The notes under the pieces were generated by a model. That model searched no databases and was not told the DNA's origin. It saw only the letters and a list, made by a program, of their open reading frames with translations. This document shows, piece after piece, positions 8,437 through 18,119 of a stretch of 64,000 nt of DNA. The position numbers were made by a program, and so were the translations under genes. Position 1 is the stretch's first letter, and each line of letters begins with the position of its first letter. Location of the stretch: assembly GCA_947630285.1 (NCBI GenBank), contig CANRHD010000006.1, forward strand, positions 23,813-87,812. The letters run 5' to 3'. The DNA is from an uncultured Clostridia bacterium. Lineage in GTDB: Bacteria > Bacillota > Clostridia > Oscillospirales > Acutalibacteraceae.

Positions 8437-11400
8437 AAAAAAATAATATCGGTGGTTTTGGCGCTGTGTTTAACGGCGACGATATTTCCGTTTACTGTAT
8501 TTTCTCAAAACATCACTCCCGAAATATCGCTTGAGGAGTTTACAAAACAACTAAATCGGCTTCAGGAGGAATATGACGGAAATTTTGCTTCGGAAATCAT
8601 TATTGAAGATGATAAGGAGTTTTGCCATATTGACGGTGAGGAATATCCCGTTGCCGATGATTTGGAAACAACAGCCGAAGTTACCGAAAACGATATTGAA
8701 ATTCCGTATTCCTTAATAGAACAGTATGTTGAAATTCCCGAAATTTCAACATATTCAGAAGCGCAAAACGACAACGGCGCAACCGTTGACAAAGAAGCTG
8801 CCGAAGCTCTCGGTTTTGAGGTAGATATTGACGAGAATAAAGCTGTGCTTACACAGCCTTATCAGACCAAAAGGCTGATAGTAAAATCCAAGTATAATAT
8901 AGACCGTCTTGACAGCGTAGCCGTAGTTGAGGGTTACGATGATTTGCATATAGTTCAGTTTGACAGCCGTGAAAGCGCAAAGCAGGCGGAAGAATACTAC
9001 AACAGTCAAATGCTTGTTGAATTTGCCGAGCCCGATTTGGTTATGTCAACAATGGAATATGAGGACAGCGAAACGGAAAGCGCACCTACATACGGCATAA
9101 ACGACTATGGTTATCATCTGTCTTGGGGCAGTGAATTTATCGGCGTTGACGACTATGTAGATTATATCGGCGACAGGAATAACCTGCCTGAAATAGTAGT
9201 TGGCATAATAGACTCGGGAATTGACTACAATCACGATTTTCTTAAAGACAGAGTTATTCACACCGACTATAATGTAAGCTCATCGGGAGCGGAAAATGAT
9301 GAAAATGACGATAATGGGCACGGAACTCATGTTGCGGGTATTGTTGCGGACAACACCTTGGGAAATGTTAAAATAAAAGCCTTTAAAGCTATGAATGATG
9401 AGGGAATCGGCGATCTTTCAAGCATTATTACCACATTTGAATATGCTGTAGCTGACGGTGTGCAGATAATCAATATGAGCCTTGGCGCTAAGGGCGAAAG
9501 CAAAGCGTTTGAAAAATCAATTAACGAAGCTACAAAAGCAGGCGTAATAGTGTGTGTTTCGGCAGGAAATAACGGCCGCGACGCTTCCCAAAACTGTCCG
9601 GCAAACATTGAAAGCTGTATAACGGTAGGTGCTTATGATAAAGGTCCTGTTTCAAATTCAGTTGCAGTACCGTATTGGACTAGCTATGGACCGTTAGTCG
9701 ATATTTTTGCGCCCGGAGTTTCAATTTACAGTACATATCTTGACAACGGATATGAAACCCTAAGCGGAACATCAATGGCATGTCCTTTTGCAGTTGCGGC
9801 TTCAGCGCTTCTTTTGTCAAAAGACATTAGCTTAAATACTGATGGGATATGCGATTTACTGCAAGAAAACGGAAAAAATTTTTATTGGCTTTCCATCACA
9901 AATTACTCATTATACATCGCTACAATAACAGAATACAATCAATTCAGGACAGAGAAGCCCATGTTCAGTATGGAAAGCGGCAGGTATTCCGACAGCGTAA
10001 CGGTGGAGCTTTCCTGCCCCGAGGAAAATGCCGAGATATATTATACCCTCGACGGCTCAAGAGCCTCAAGGGCGAACGGAATTCTTTACACAGAGCCTAT
10101 TGTAATTGACAAGGTAACAAGGGTTCACGCCGCCGCCTATGTCGGAGATAAGCTGAAAAGTCTTCAGGCAATAGCCGATTATTATATAACCATGACTGAC
10201 TCGGATGGGAATTTTGAAATAGATACAGACGGGTTGATTACTAAATATAACGGGACAAATCAGTATTTGACAATTCCCGATACAATCAACGGCATTACGG
10301 TAACGGGTATAGGCAGGCAAGCTTTTAAAGACCAAGATATGATTATGATGAAGTTCCCCGACACTCTGACATATGTAGCAGATTGGGGACTTTATGGGCA
10401 GAACACCTTAAAATCGGTATATTGCAATAATCTTAAAAGAGCCGGAGAAAGGGCGTTTTACGGTTGCCGTGCTCTTGAAGAAATAGATTTAACTCAACTT
10501 GAAGAAGTAGGCGTATACAGCTTTGGAAACTGTACTTCAATTAGGGAGCTTCGCAACGAAAAATTAACAAAGCTTGAAAAGGGCTCATTCAGTAATTTAA
10601 GAAATGCCGTAAGCATTGATTTACCTAATGTAACAGCTATTGGTAATGCGGGTTTAGGGAACTTAAATGCTGTGGAATATGTTAATTTGCCAAGCCTTGA
10701 AACGATGGGCAGCAATGTATTTTTAGCCGCTTTTCTCATTGAATCTCTCGACCTTCCCAATTTAACAACTTTAACCGGGGGACATTGCTTTGGCAGTACA
10801 CACAATCTGAAAGAACTTAATGTGCCGAAATTAAGAGGAGCGATTTATCAAAACACATTTTGGGATTCTGCGCTTGAATATATTGATCTTCCGAATATTA
10901 CAGATTTATATGAAGGCGCATTTGACTGCAGCAATGCTAAAGTTATCAAATTGTCAAGCGCCGCAACTATTGACGAGCAGGCTTTTGACGGATGTAAGTA
11001 TTTAGAGAAATTATACATTCCGTCAATAACCCAGTTGCCAAATAGAGCTCTTACCGAAACAAGGTCAATCAAAATGCTTTTTGCACCGAGTTTAATAAAC
11101 GCAGTATCAATGCCCGAGTGCGACGGTACAACAATATATCTGTCTGATGCTTGTACCAATCTGCCTGCTATACAAAGATATTCCTATAACATCGTAGCGC
11201 CGTCGGGCTCATATGCAGAGCAATGGGCAAGTGAAAACGGGCATAATTTCATTCCAAGCGACAGCAGAAATGAAAGCATAAAAAATCCCTCTAATGTAGC
11301 GGATTTGGGCAGGTCGATTTGCGTCTCTGCCGCAGGACTGCGTTTCGGCTTTAACTGGGATAATCTTGAGGAAATCGAAAGCCTTGCTGACAATATCGAA

Positions 11401-11724
11401 TACGGCTTCGTTTACAGCATTAGCGGTACGGAAGATTTAAGCGTTGACAAGACAGACAACATAAATGTAAGAAAAACGGAAGCAATAAACCGTGTCGACC
11501 ACGGCGGTACAACCTCGTTTAATCTTGTTTTTGCAAATGTTCCGAAAGAATTTTGGGACAGCAAGCTTACCGCAAGGGCTTATGTAAATATTGACGGAAT
11601 GTATTTCTATTCCAATGTATCAACAGGAAGCTTTACCGAAGTAGCAAACCTTGTTTTGGCTGACGATACGGTTGATGAGACTACAAAACAAGCCATAAGA
11701 AAATTGTTAGGCGGAGAGGTGTAA
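8434..11724 (+). CDS. secreted subtilisin-like (S8) serine protease with BspA-type leucine-rich repeats and a C-terminal domain
   Basis: Signal peptide 'MKKIISVVLALCLTATIF'. Catalytic D 'GIIDSGID', H 'HGTHVAG', N 'SAGNNG' and S 'SGTSMACP'. LRR-like repeats lie around aa 620-900. AGGAG RBS is 8 nt before the ATG at 8434. Confidence 0.9.
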   Translation: MKKIISVVLALCLTATIFPFTVFSQNITPEISLEEFTKQLNRLQEEYDGNFASEIIIEDDKEFCHIDGEEYPVADDLETTAEVTENDIEIPYSLIEQYVEIPEISTYSEAQNDNGATVDKEAAEALGFEVDIDENKAVLTQPYQTKRLIVKSKYNIDRLDSVAVVEGYDDLHIVQFDSRESAKQAEEYYNSQMLVEFAEPDLVMSTMEYEDSETESAPTYGINDYGYHLSWGSEFIGVDDYVDYIGDRNNLPEIVVGIIDSGIDYNHDFLKDRVIHTDYNVSSSGAENDENDDNGHGTHVAGIVADNTLGNVKIKAFKAMNDEGIGDLSSIITTFEYAVADGVQIINMSLGAKGESKAFEKSINEATKAGVIVCVSAGNNGRDASQNCPANIESCITVGAYDKGPVSNSVAVPYWTSYGPLVDIFAPGVSIYSTYLDNGYETLSGTSMACPFAVAASALLLSKDISLNTDGICDLLQENGKNFYWLSITNYSLYIATITEYNQFRTEKPMFSMESGRYSDSVTVELSCPEENAEIYYTLDGSRASRANGILYTEPIVIDKVTRVHAAAYVGDKLKSLQAIADYYITMTDSDGNFEIDTDGLITKYNGTNQYLTIPDTINGITVTGIGRQAFKDQDMIMMKFPDTLTYVADWGLYGQNTLKSVYCNNLKRAGERAFYGCRALEEIDLTQLEEVGVYSFGNCTSIRELRNEKLTKLEKGSFSNLRNAVSIDLPNVTAIGNAGLGNLNAVEYVNLPSLETMGSNVFLAAFLIESLDLPNLTTLTGGHCFGSTHNLKELNVPKLRGAIYQNTFWDSALEYIDLPNITDLYEGAFDCSNAKVIKLSSAATIDEQAFDGCKYLEKLYIPSITQLPNRALTETRSIKMLFAPSLINAVSMPECDGTTIYLSDACTNLPAIQRYSYNIVAPSGSYAEQWASENGHNFIPSDSRNESIKNPSNVADLGRSICVSAAGLRFGFNWDNLEEIESLADNIEYGFVYSISGTEDLSVDKTDNINVRKTEAINRVDHGGTTSFNLVFANVPKEFWDSKLTARAYVNIDGMYFYSNVSTGSFTEVANLVLADDTVDETTKQAIRKLLGGEV

Positions 11725-11728
11725 AGAG

Positions 11729-11848
11729 ATGAAAAAGGAATATATTAAGCCCGATTTTGAAATTTTAATTTTTGAAACAGACGATATTATCACAATAAGC
11801 GATCTCGGACCGGGTGATAATGTGGTAGAGCCGTGGTTCATCGTATGA
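11729..11848 (+). CDS. unannotated 39-aa peptide MKKEYIKPDFEILIFETDDIITISDLGPGDNVVEPWFIV
   Basis: Below the ORF-track cutoff. GGAGAGG RBS lies about 9 nt upstream and the start is 5 nt after the protease stop. Its TGA overlaps the lipoprotein ATG (ATGA). Confidence 0.5.
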   Translation: MKKEYIKPDFEILIFETDDIITISDLGPGDNVVEPWFIV

Positions 11849-12441
11849 AAAACAGGATTATTTTTGCATCTCTGATGTTGGTTTTAGCGTCGGTTATGCT
11901 TGTATCGTGTAAACAGGACAAAAAAACGGACGGGAACGCAACCGTTGCCGTGACCGACAGCAGCGGCATAACTCATTACTATGAACTTGTTACCGATAAA
12001 GGCGGAAATGCCGTTACGGAAGATAAAAATCAGGCTGTGTTTGCCGAAATTGTAACCGACAAAAGCGGTTCATACATAACGAACGGTCATACGACCGTAC
12101 TGCTGATTGAAAATGAGGTCAATCAAGACCGTATATCAAACTCAACGAAAAAAAATCCGTCTTATACAGAAAAAAGCGGCAATATTGCAGAGGCCGATAA
12201 TACAGTTAATTTTGAATTATCGGGATTAAATCCCGTTACAGAAGAAAATACAACAGCGACTGCAAAACCCGACACGACTAAGACTGCCCCGGCAAGTACA
12301 AAGCCTGTTGCGACTAAGACTTTCCCGGCAAGTACAAAGCCTGACGACGCCAAGACTTCTGCGGTGAGTGCGACATCTGCAATAAAGTCAACCAATCCGC
12401 CTGCCACCGACAGCAACGGCTGGGTTACTAAATGGTATTAA
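11845..12441 (+). CDS. lipoprotein with a Thr/Pro/Ala-rich repeat tail
   Basis: 'MKNRIIFASLMLVLASVMLVSC' is a signal peptide plus lipobox. C-terminal repeats 'TKTAPASTKPVATKTFPASTKPDD'. Confidence 0.7.
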   Translation: MKNRIIFASLMLVLASVMLVSCKQDKKTDGNATVAVTDSSGITHYYELVTDKGGNAVTEDKNQAVFAEIVTDKSGSYITNGHTTVLLIENEVNQDRISNSTKKNPSYTEKSGNIAEADNTVNFELSGLNPVTEENTTATAKPDTTKTAPASTKPVATKTFPASTKPDDAKTSAVSATSAIKSTNPPATDSNGWVTKWY

Positions 12442-12612
12442 CTGTGAAAGGACAGCAAAACAGCGTTCTGTTTTCCTGCAACATAAATTTATACCGCAAA
12501 AATCCGTGATGACCGGAATTAATTTTTATAAATCGGGAAATTACATTAAAGCATTGAAAATAAATAATTTATGTGTTATAAATTATTTAAACAACTATGT
12601 AGGAGAATGTTT

Positions 12613-13248
12613 GTGAAAAAAATCAGTTTTAAGAAACCGGTCATAATATTTATCGGCATATTTTCCGTTTTATTGCTGATTTTCTGCGCCTGCGGACAAA
12701 GCGGCGACGAGCAGATAAAAATTAACGGAGAAATTTATGAGGACGCAAACGGCGATTGGACGCCTTTCGGCGAGTCGGAAAAGAGCGGTAAATATTATCT
12801 TTACAAAAACAGCTTAGGTACGGTATTTGCCGAAGCCGGTCGTGACGGAGTTTTGGGCAGCGTTTTTTATCATAATAAAAATGATGCTTATCCCGATATT
12901 TCAATGTCCGGGCAAATTGACAAAATCGTACTTGACACGGGCGATAAGCAAGAAACCTTGCGAGATGATATTAAGGATATTTTATTAAGCGAAATGCTCA
13001 ACGCCGATAACACAAATCCCGAGACCGTTTCGGCGGAGCTTGCGGCGTCCGAGGTTTATGTTAATGTCTATTACAAGGATTATCCGGCATTTCAAAACGA
13101 AATGGCAATCTGCCGCTCACAAGACGGAAAGCTCGGATTAATTTATTGCAGCACGCAAAAAAATACCGAAAAATTCGGCGAGGGAAATATGTTCGTCTTT
13201 ACCGACAAACAGTTGGTTTCATATTTGGAAGAATTAAATCTTTTCTAA
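12613..13248 (+). CDS. hypothetical lipoprotein
   Basis: 'KKISFKKPVIIFIGIFSVLLLIFCAC' is a signal peptide plus lipobox. The GTG at 12613 is 7 nt after AGGAG; the ATG at 12607 is an alternative start. Confidence 0.6.
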   Translation: MKKISFKKPVIIFIGIFSVLLLIFCACGQSGDEQIKINGEIYEDANGDWTPFGESEKSGKYYLYKNSLGTVFAEAGRDGVLGSVFYHNKNDAYPDISMSGQIDKIVLDTGDKQETLRDDIKDILLSEMLNADNTNPETVSAELAASEVYVNVYYKDYPAFQNEMAICRSQDGKLGLIYCSTQKNTEKFGEGNMFVFTDKQLVSYLEELNLF

Positions 13249-13330
13249 GATTAAATTAAAATATTATAATTAAATATTTTCCGCTTAAAATTTACTTGTT
13301 ACTTTTAACTTGTATTCGATTTTATAATGA

Positions 13331-13852
13331 AAAAGACAGCAAACTTTTTAGTCTGCTGTCTTTCTTTGGTGGAGACGGTCGGGATCGAAGCTTCGCTTCG
13401 CTTGCTTCGTTCGCTTGGCTTTGCCAAGCCTTTCGCATTTTTATGTCCGCCTCGCTCTGCCTGTCGGCAAACCGCTCGGCATGGACTAATTCGCTTCGCT
13501 TACTTCGTTCGGTTGCTTCGCAACCCTTTCGCATTTTTATGTCCGCCTCGCTCTGCCTGTCGGCAAACCGCTCGGCATGGACTGTTCGGTTCGCTCCCGA
13601 CATTATACTTTGCAAAATAAAGAAAAGACAGCAAACTTTTAGTCTGCTGTCTTTTCTTTGGTGGAGACGGTCGGGATCGAAGCTTCGCTTCGCTTGCTTC
13701 GTTCGGTTGCTTCGCAACCCTTTCGCATTTTATGTCCGCCTCGCTCTGCCTGTCGGCAAACCGCTCGGCATGGACTGTTCGGTTCGCTCCCGACATTATA
13801 CTTTGCAAAATAAGCAAAAGACAGCAAACTTTTTAGTCTGCTGTCTTTTCTT
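13331..13852 (-). repeat. two tandem tRNA-Ala-derived chimeric units (about 13367..13598 and 13659..13791), each with its own copy of the tRNA terminator hairpin
   Basis: Each unit repeats four parts of the tRNA-Ala locus. These are the upstream 'TTGCAAAG.TAT' string, a 5' acceptor-like GGGAGCG, the exact last 23 nt of tRNA-Ala (TTCGATCCCGACCGTCTCCACCA) and the terminator hairpin. The D and anticodon arms are replaced by 100-200 nt of repeat sequence. Confidence 0.8.
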
Positions 13853-13928
<76 letters not shown>

Positions 13929-14276
13929 ATATCTTTGCAAGCCTTGATTTTACTAAGGTTTTGGCTTGTTTTTTACATTCAATTTAAAATTACTTTCGGG
14001 GTAGTTTACCTGTTCGCTTGCGCTCCAAAGCTTAAGCTACGCCACAAGCGCAAAGATATAATATCACAAAGTAAATAAAAACTCAACTGTTTTTTCAAAA
14101 ATATAAAAATTTTTTCTCTTGGTCTAAAAATTGCTTTTATCATAAGATTTTAATAATTACGCCGCAGTAAAGGCAGAGAAAAAATCGGTAAGCTTTTGAT
14201 AAATTACATAAGCGTTAAAAACGGCGTTAGCGCAACTTCTTAAAGAGCGGAAAATATCGGGTAAAAGCTCGGAATA

Positions 14277-15008
14277 TTACTTTATCATATCCCGATACTG
14301 CGAGGGCGTCATACCGTAAACCTTTTTGAACGCCGTGGCGAGATGCGACGGGGAAGAAAAGGCGAGGCTTCGGCATATCTCGGCGCCGCTTTTATCACGG
14401 GCAAGCATATCCTTTGCGGTTTCAAGCTTTTTTCTGAGAATGTAGGAGCCTAAATTCTCGTCCATTTCCTCTTTAAAAATGTGCGACAAATAATCGGGGG
14501 AAATTCCGCAAATTTCCGCAAGCATTGAAACGCCGAGCTTCTTATCTATATTTTCATTTATAAAGCGTATGCACTTTCTCACATGGGGAGACTGCGAGGG
14601 CTGTAATTTACTTTTTTTCACCATATTTGTAAGGCTTACTGTTTCCCGTGCGAGCAAATTTAATATTTCATCGGCGCAGTTCATACCGTCGGCAAGCATA
14701 ATGACCCTGTCGGAAAAATCATACGCCGTTTTTTCGTTCAATCCGCCCTGAATTGCATATCTTGTGGCAAGAGTGACGGCGCTCACCGCCAAATATTTGT
14801 ACTGCATCAGGCTGTCGTTTGACATTTTACCCGTAACTATGTAGTCGCTGATATTTTCCAATTCCTTTACAAGCCTGTCTATATCCCCCTGTGAAACGCA
14901 GGTGAAAATCTTAAGCTCGGTATTATATCTCGTTCTTCTCTCGCCGTCTGTTTGAAAATCGTCCCGGCTGTCCATTGTTTTTACTGTTATGAGCTTTTCC
15001 GTTTTCAT
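14277..15008 (-). CDS. AraC-family transcriptional regulator
   Basis: C-terminal double HTH ('LAEICGISPDYLSHIFKEE...FSSPSHLATAFKKVYGMTPSQYR'). Confidence 0.85.
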   Translation of the reverse strand: MKTEKLITVKTMDSRDDFQTDGERRTRYNTELKIFTCVSQGDIDRLVKELENISDYIVTGKMSNDSLMQYKYLAVSAVTLATRYAIQGGLNEKTAYDFSDRVIMLADGMNCADEILNLLARETVSLTNMVKKSKLQPSQSPHVRKCIRFINENIDKKLGVSMLAEICGISPDYLSHIFKEEMDENLGSYILRKKLETAKDMLARDKSGAEICRSLAFSSPSHLATAFKKVYGMTPSQYRDMIK

Positions 15009-15203
15009 GGCCGCATTTTTTCTTTCATAATTAAACTCCGTAAATTCTCTTTATCTGCTCACAGTAAACTTTTAGACCGCAAAATCGGACAAACCGCCAA
15101 ATTGGCTCATTGTTCCTATGAGCGGTGTGTTTTCAAATACTGTTTTGCCGACTCCCGTCCCCGATTTTTATTATAATACACTTACCCTGCGTTTTCAATA
15201 AAA

Positions 15204-17660
15204 TCAAATTGATTTCAATAATTTGGGAAGTCTTATCAGCACGCCGCCTATGCGCCAAAATATTTTATTAAAGCCCAAAAAGGTTGACTCGTCGTCGTTT
15301 AATATCTGAATAAGACCCTCCGCCATTTTCGGCGAAAAGACGCCCATACTCATATTCACAAAATTGCGTATCGGGATCTGCGTTGCCATTGCGGCAAGCA
15401 TAGCGCCGTCCCCGTTCTCCTCAGAGCCCATTTTTGACATTATAAATTTTATAAACTTTGCCGCTTTTCCGCCCCATTTTGTATGCTTTGCGTCATTAAT
15501 ACAGCAGTAAATATCAATCTTTTTATTGCGGTCGATTTTGTTTTCGGGGAGCTTTTTCCCGTATATTGCCTCAAACTGTCCGCCGTTCATATTTTTTATA
15601 TCCGCACTGTAATACGCAGGCGAGGTCTTTGAGTAATCGGGTATTTCACAGCTGTCGGCCGAAGTTATGCTAAGCGTCTTTGACAGCCTTATATCTCTGC
15701 TCGAAGCGCCTACCAGAATGTCAAACTCCCCTGTTTCAACCGTCCAACTGTTACTGTTTACATTAAAAAATGCAAACGCTCTTTTTGAAAGCTCGATTAC
15801 CGCTTCCTTTTCTTCTCCGGGCTTTAAGAACACCTTTTTAAACGCCCTTAACTCCTTATCGGGTCTGAATATGGTCGATTGCTTATCCGAAACATATATC
15901 TGTGCGATTTCCGCACCCTCTCTGCCGCCCGTATTTTTTATCTTAAACGAAAGTGTCAGGCTGTCGGTATCCTTAATTTCATAAGACGACAGTTTAAGAT
16001 CGCTGTACTCGAATTTTGTATATGAAAGCCCATGGCCGAACGGGAAAAGCACATCTTTTTTCGCCTTATCGTAATAACGGTAGCCTATATACACCGATTC
16101 CCTATGCTCGCTTGTAACGGGTCCGCCCGGATAGTTGCCGTAGGTCGGGTTATCCTCAAAGCTTAACGGATAGGTTTCCGTTATTTTCCCGGAGGGGTTG
16201 ACCTTTCCCGTAAGTATATTTACCGCCGCCGCTGCGCCTGCCTGACTGCCGAGCCCCGAATTTAAAACCGCCTTAACCTCGTTTATCCACGGCATATGTA
16301 TCACGCTTCCGCCTGCAAGCACAACAACGGTATTGGGATTTGCCTTTGCAACCCGAGATATAAGATAATTTTGGCACGAGGGCATTTCAATATTTTTTCT
16401 GTCATATCCCTCTGCCTCAAAGCCCTCGGTAAGTCCTGCGAACACTATGGCAGTATCCGCTTCTTCTGCACTTTTTACCGCCTGCGATACAAGCTCATTG
16501 TCTATTTTGTCTGTGCCGGTGTCATATCCCCGTGAATATGTAAAGCTTACGCCGAGCTTTTCAAACTCATCTGCGGCGTTGTCAAGCATTGTGGGATTTA
16601 TCACCGATGTCCCTGCGCCCTGAAAACGGGGCGATTTTGCCATTTCGCCTATAAGGGCAATTTTCTTTCCCTCTTTGACGGGCAAAATGCTGTCTTCATT
16701 TTTTAAAAGCACCATCGAACCCTCTGCTATTTTTTGAGCAAGCCTGTGATGCGATTTTATATCATAGCTGTGGGGCTTATTCAAAGCAGGCTTCGCCCTT
16801 AGTATTAGCTCCACTACATTATCGACGGCTCTGTCGAGTATGCTTTCATCTAATTCTCCGCTTTTAACGGCCTGAATTATTTTCTTTTTGTTAAGCGTGC
16901 CCGAAGACGGCATCTCAAGATCCGTGCCGCATTTAAGCCCCGGTATTCTGTCCACCGATGAGCCCCAGTCGGTGACGATAAGTCCGTCAAAGCCCCATTC
17001 GCCCCTGAGCACGGTTTCCTGAAGCCATTTGTTCTGGGAGGAATACACGCCGTTAATCCTGTTGTAAGAGTTCATAACCGTCCACGGCTTTGCCTCCCTG
17101 ACGCAGATTTCAAACGGCGTCAGATAAATTTCCCTCAACGCCCTTTCGTCCGTTATTTCGTCAATCACCATTCTGAACGCCTCCTGCGAATTGCAGGCAA
17201 AATGCTTTAATGAAGCGCCCACGCCCTTTGACTGTATGCCCTTTACAAGTGCGGCGGCGCACTTTCCGGAAAGCAGGGGGTCTTCGCTGAAATATTCAAA
17301 ATTTCTGCCGCACACGGGCGAACGCTTTACATTGGTACCGGGGCCGAGTATAACGGACACATTTTCCTTTAAGCACTCCTCGGCGATAGCCTCGCCCTCG
17401 GAAAAGAGCAAATCCTCGTCCCAGCTGCATGAGGCGGTAACGGCAGGCGGGAAGCAGGTTGACGGTACGGAATTGCCCAAGCCTATACCGTCGGGTCTTT
17501 TTTCCGTATTCTGCTTACGCAGGCCGTTGGGTCCGTCGGTAAGCATAATTTTCGGCAGTCCGAGCTTCGGCTCGGATTTCAAATACCAATAATTCGCTCC
17601 CGAAACAAACTCCGCTTTTTGCTTTAAGCTCATCTTGCCGACAATATCCCAATGTTTCAT
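15204..17660 (-). CDS. glycoside hydrolase family 3 beta-glucosidase/xylosidase-type enzyme
   Basis: 818 aa with 'LTDGPNGLR', 'GLIVTDWGS' (nucleophile Asp region) and a C-terminal GH3 plus fibronectin-like domain. Confidence 0.9.
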   Translation of the reverse strand: MKHWDIVGKMSLKQKAEFVSGANYWYLKSEPKLGLPKIMLTDGPNGLRKQNTEKRPDGIGLGNSVPSTCFPPAVTASCSWDEDLLFSEGEAIAEECLKENVSVILGPGTNVKRSPVCGRNFEYFSEDPLLSGKCAAALVKGIQSKGVGASLKHFACNSQEAFRMVIDEITDERALREIYLTPFEICVREAKPWTVMNSYNRINGVYSSQNKWLQETVLRGEWGFDGLIVTDWGSSVDRIPGLKCGTDLEMPSSGTLNKKKIIQAVKSGELDESILDRAVDNVVELILRAKPALNKPHSYDIKSHHRLAQKIAEGSMVLLKNEDSILPVKEGKKIALIGEMAKSPRFQGAGTSVINPTMLDNAADEFEKLGVSFTYSRGYDTGTDKIDNELVSQAVKSAEEADTAIVFAGLTEGFEAEGYDRKNIEMPSCQNYLISRVAKANPNTVVVLAGGSVIHMPWINEVKAVLNSGLGSQAGAAAAVNILTGKVNPSGKITETYPLSFEDNPTYGNYPGGPVTSEHRESVYIGYRYYDKAKKDVLFPFGHGLSYTKFEYSDLKLSSYEIKDTDSLTLSFKIKNTGGREGAEIAQIYVSDKQSTIFRPDKELRAFKKVFLKPGEEKEAVIELSKRAFAFFNVNSNSWTVETGEFDILVGASSRDIRLSKTLSITSADSCEIPDYSKTSPAYYSADIKNMNGGQFEAIYGKKLPENKIDRNKKIDIYCCINDAKHTKWGGKAAKFIKFIMSKMGSEENGDGAMLAAMATQIPIRNFVNMSMGVFSPKMAEGLIQILNDDESTFLGFNKIFWRIGGVLIRLPKLLKSI

Positions 17661-17848
17661 AAATACTGCGCCCCTTTAAAAATTAATATTTTGTTTAATT
17701 CCAATTTGAGTATAATATTTGCTTTTTCCCATTTCAACACCCGGAGGAATTTAAGCTCTGATTTATAAAAATATCAAAGAAATATAATAAAAAAGCTCCG
17801 TATATCTTCCGATTGAAACCAAAGGGAAAATAAAGGGGCAAAAAAATA

Positions 17849-17868
17849 AAGCAGGCACAGGCCTGCTT
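17849..17868 (-). terminator. intrinsic terminator of tRNA-Thr
   Basis: AAGCAGGC/GCCTGCTT hairpin followed on the minus strand by TTTATTTTTTT. Confidence 0.7.
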
Positions 17869-17944
17869 TGGAGCTTGTAACAGGACTTGAACCTGCGACC
17901 TGCTCATTACGAATGAGCTGCTCTACCAACTGAGCTATACAAGC
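17869..17944 (-). tRNA. tRNA-Thr (anticodon CGT)
   Basis: GCTTGTATAGCTCAGTTGGTAGAGCAGCTCATTCGTAATGAGCAGGTCGCAGGTTCAAGTCCTGTTACAAGCTCCA. Folds as a cloverleaf with an encoded CCA. Confidence 0.92.
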
Positions 17945-18119
17945 TTATATTAAATTCGCTCTATTATTATATAAAAACGCAGGCAGTTTTGCAAGCCTAT
18001 TTTTAAAATTTTTTCCGTATTATTAATATTATTTTTAAAGGAATAAAACGGAAGGCTTTTATCAAAAACAAAAGCCGCTGTTCGAGCGGCCTTTGCTCTG
18101 CTTAATTTAATCGGCGTTT

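Noticed and set aside
13331-13852. Possible CRISPR array, because of regularly repeated sequence.
   Set aside because: The repeats are long (more than 100 bp), contiguous and contain tRNA and terminator fragments. There are no short direct repeats separated by unique spacers, and no cas genes.
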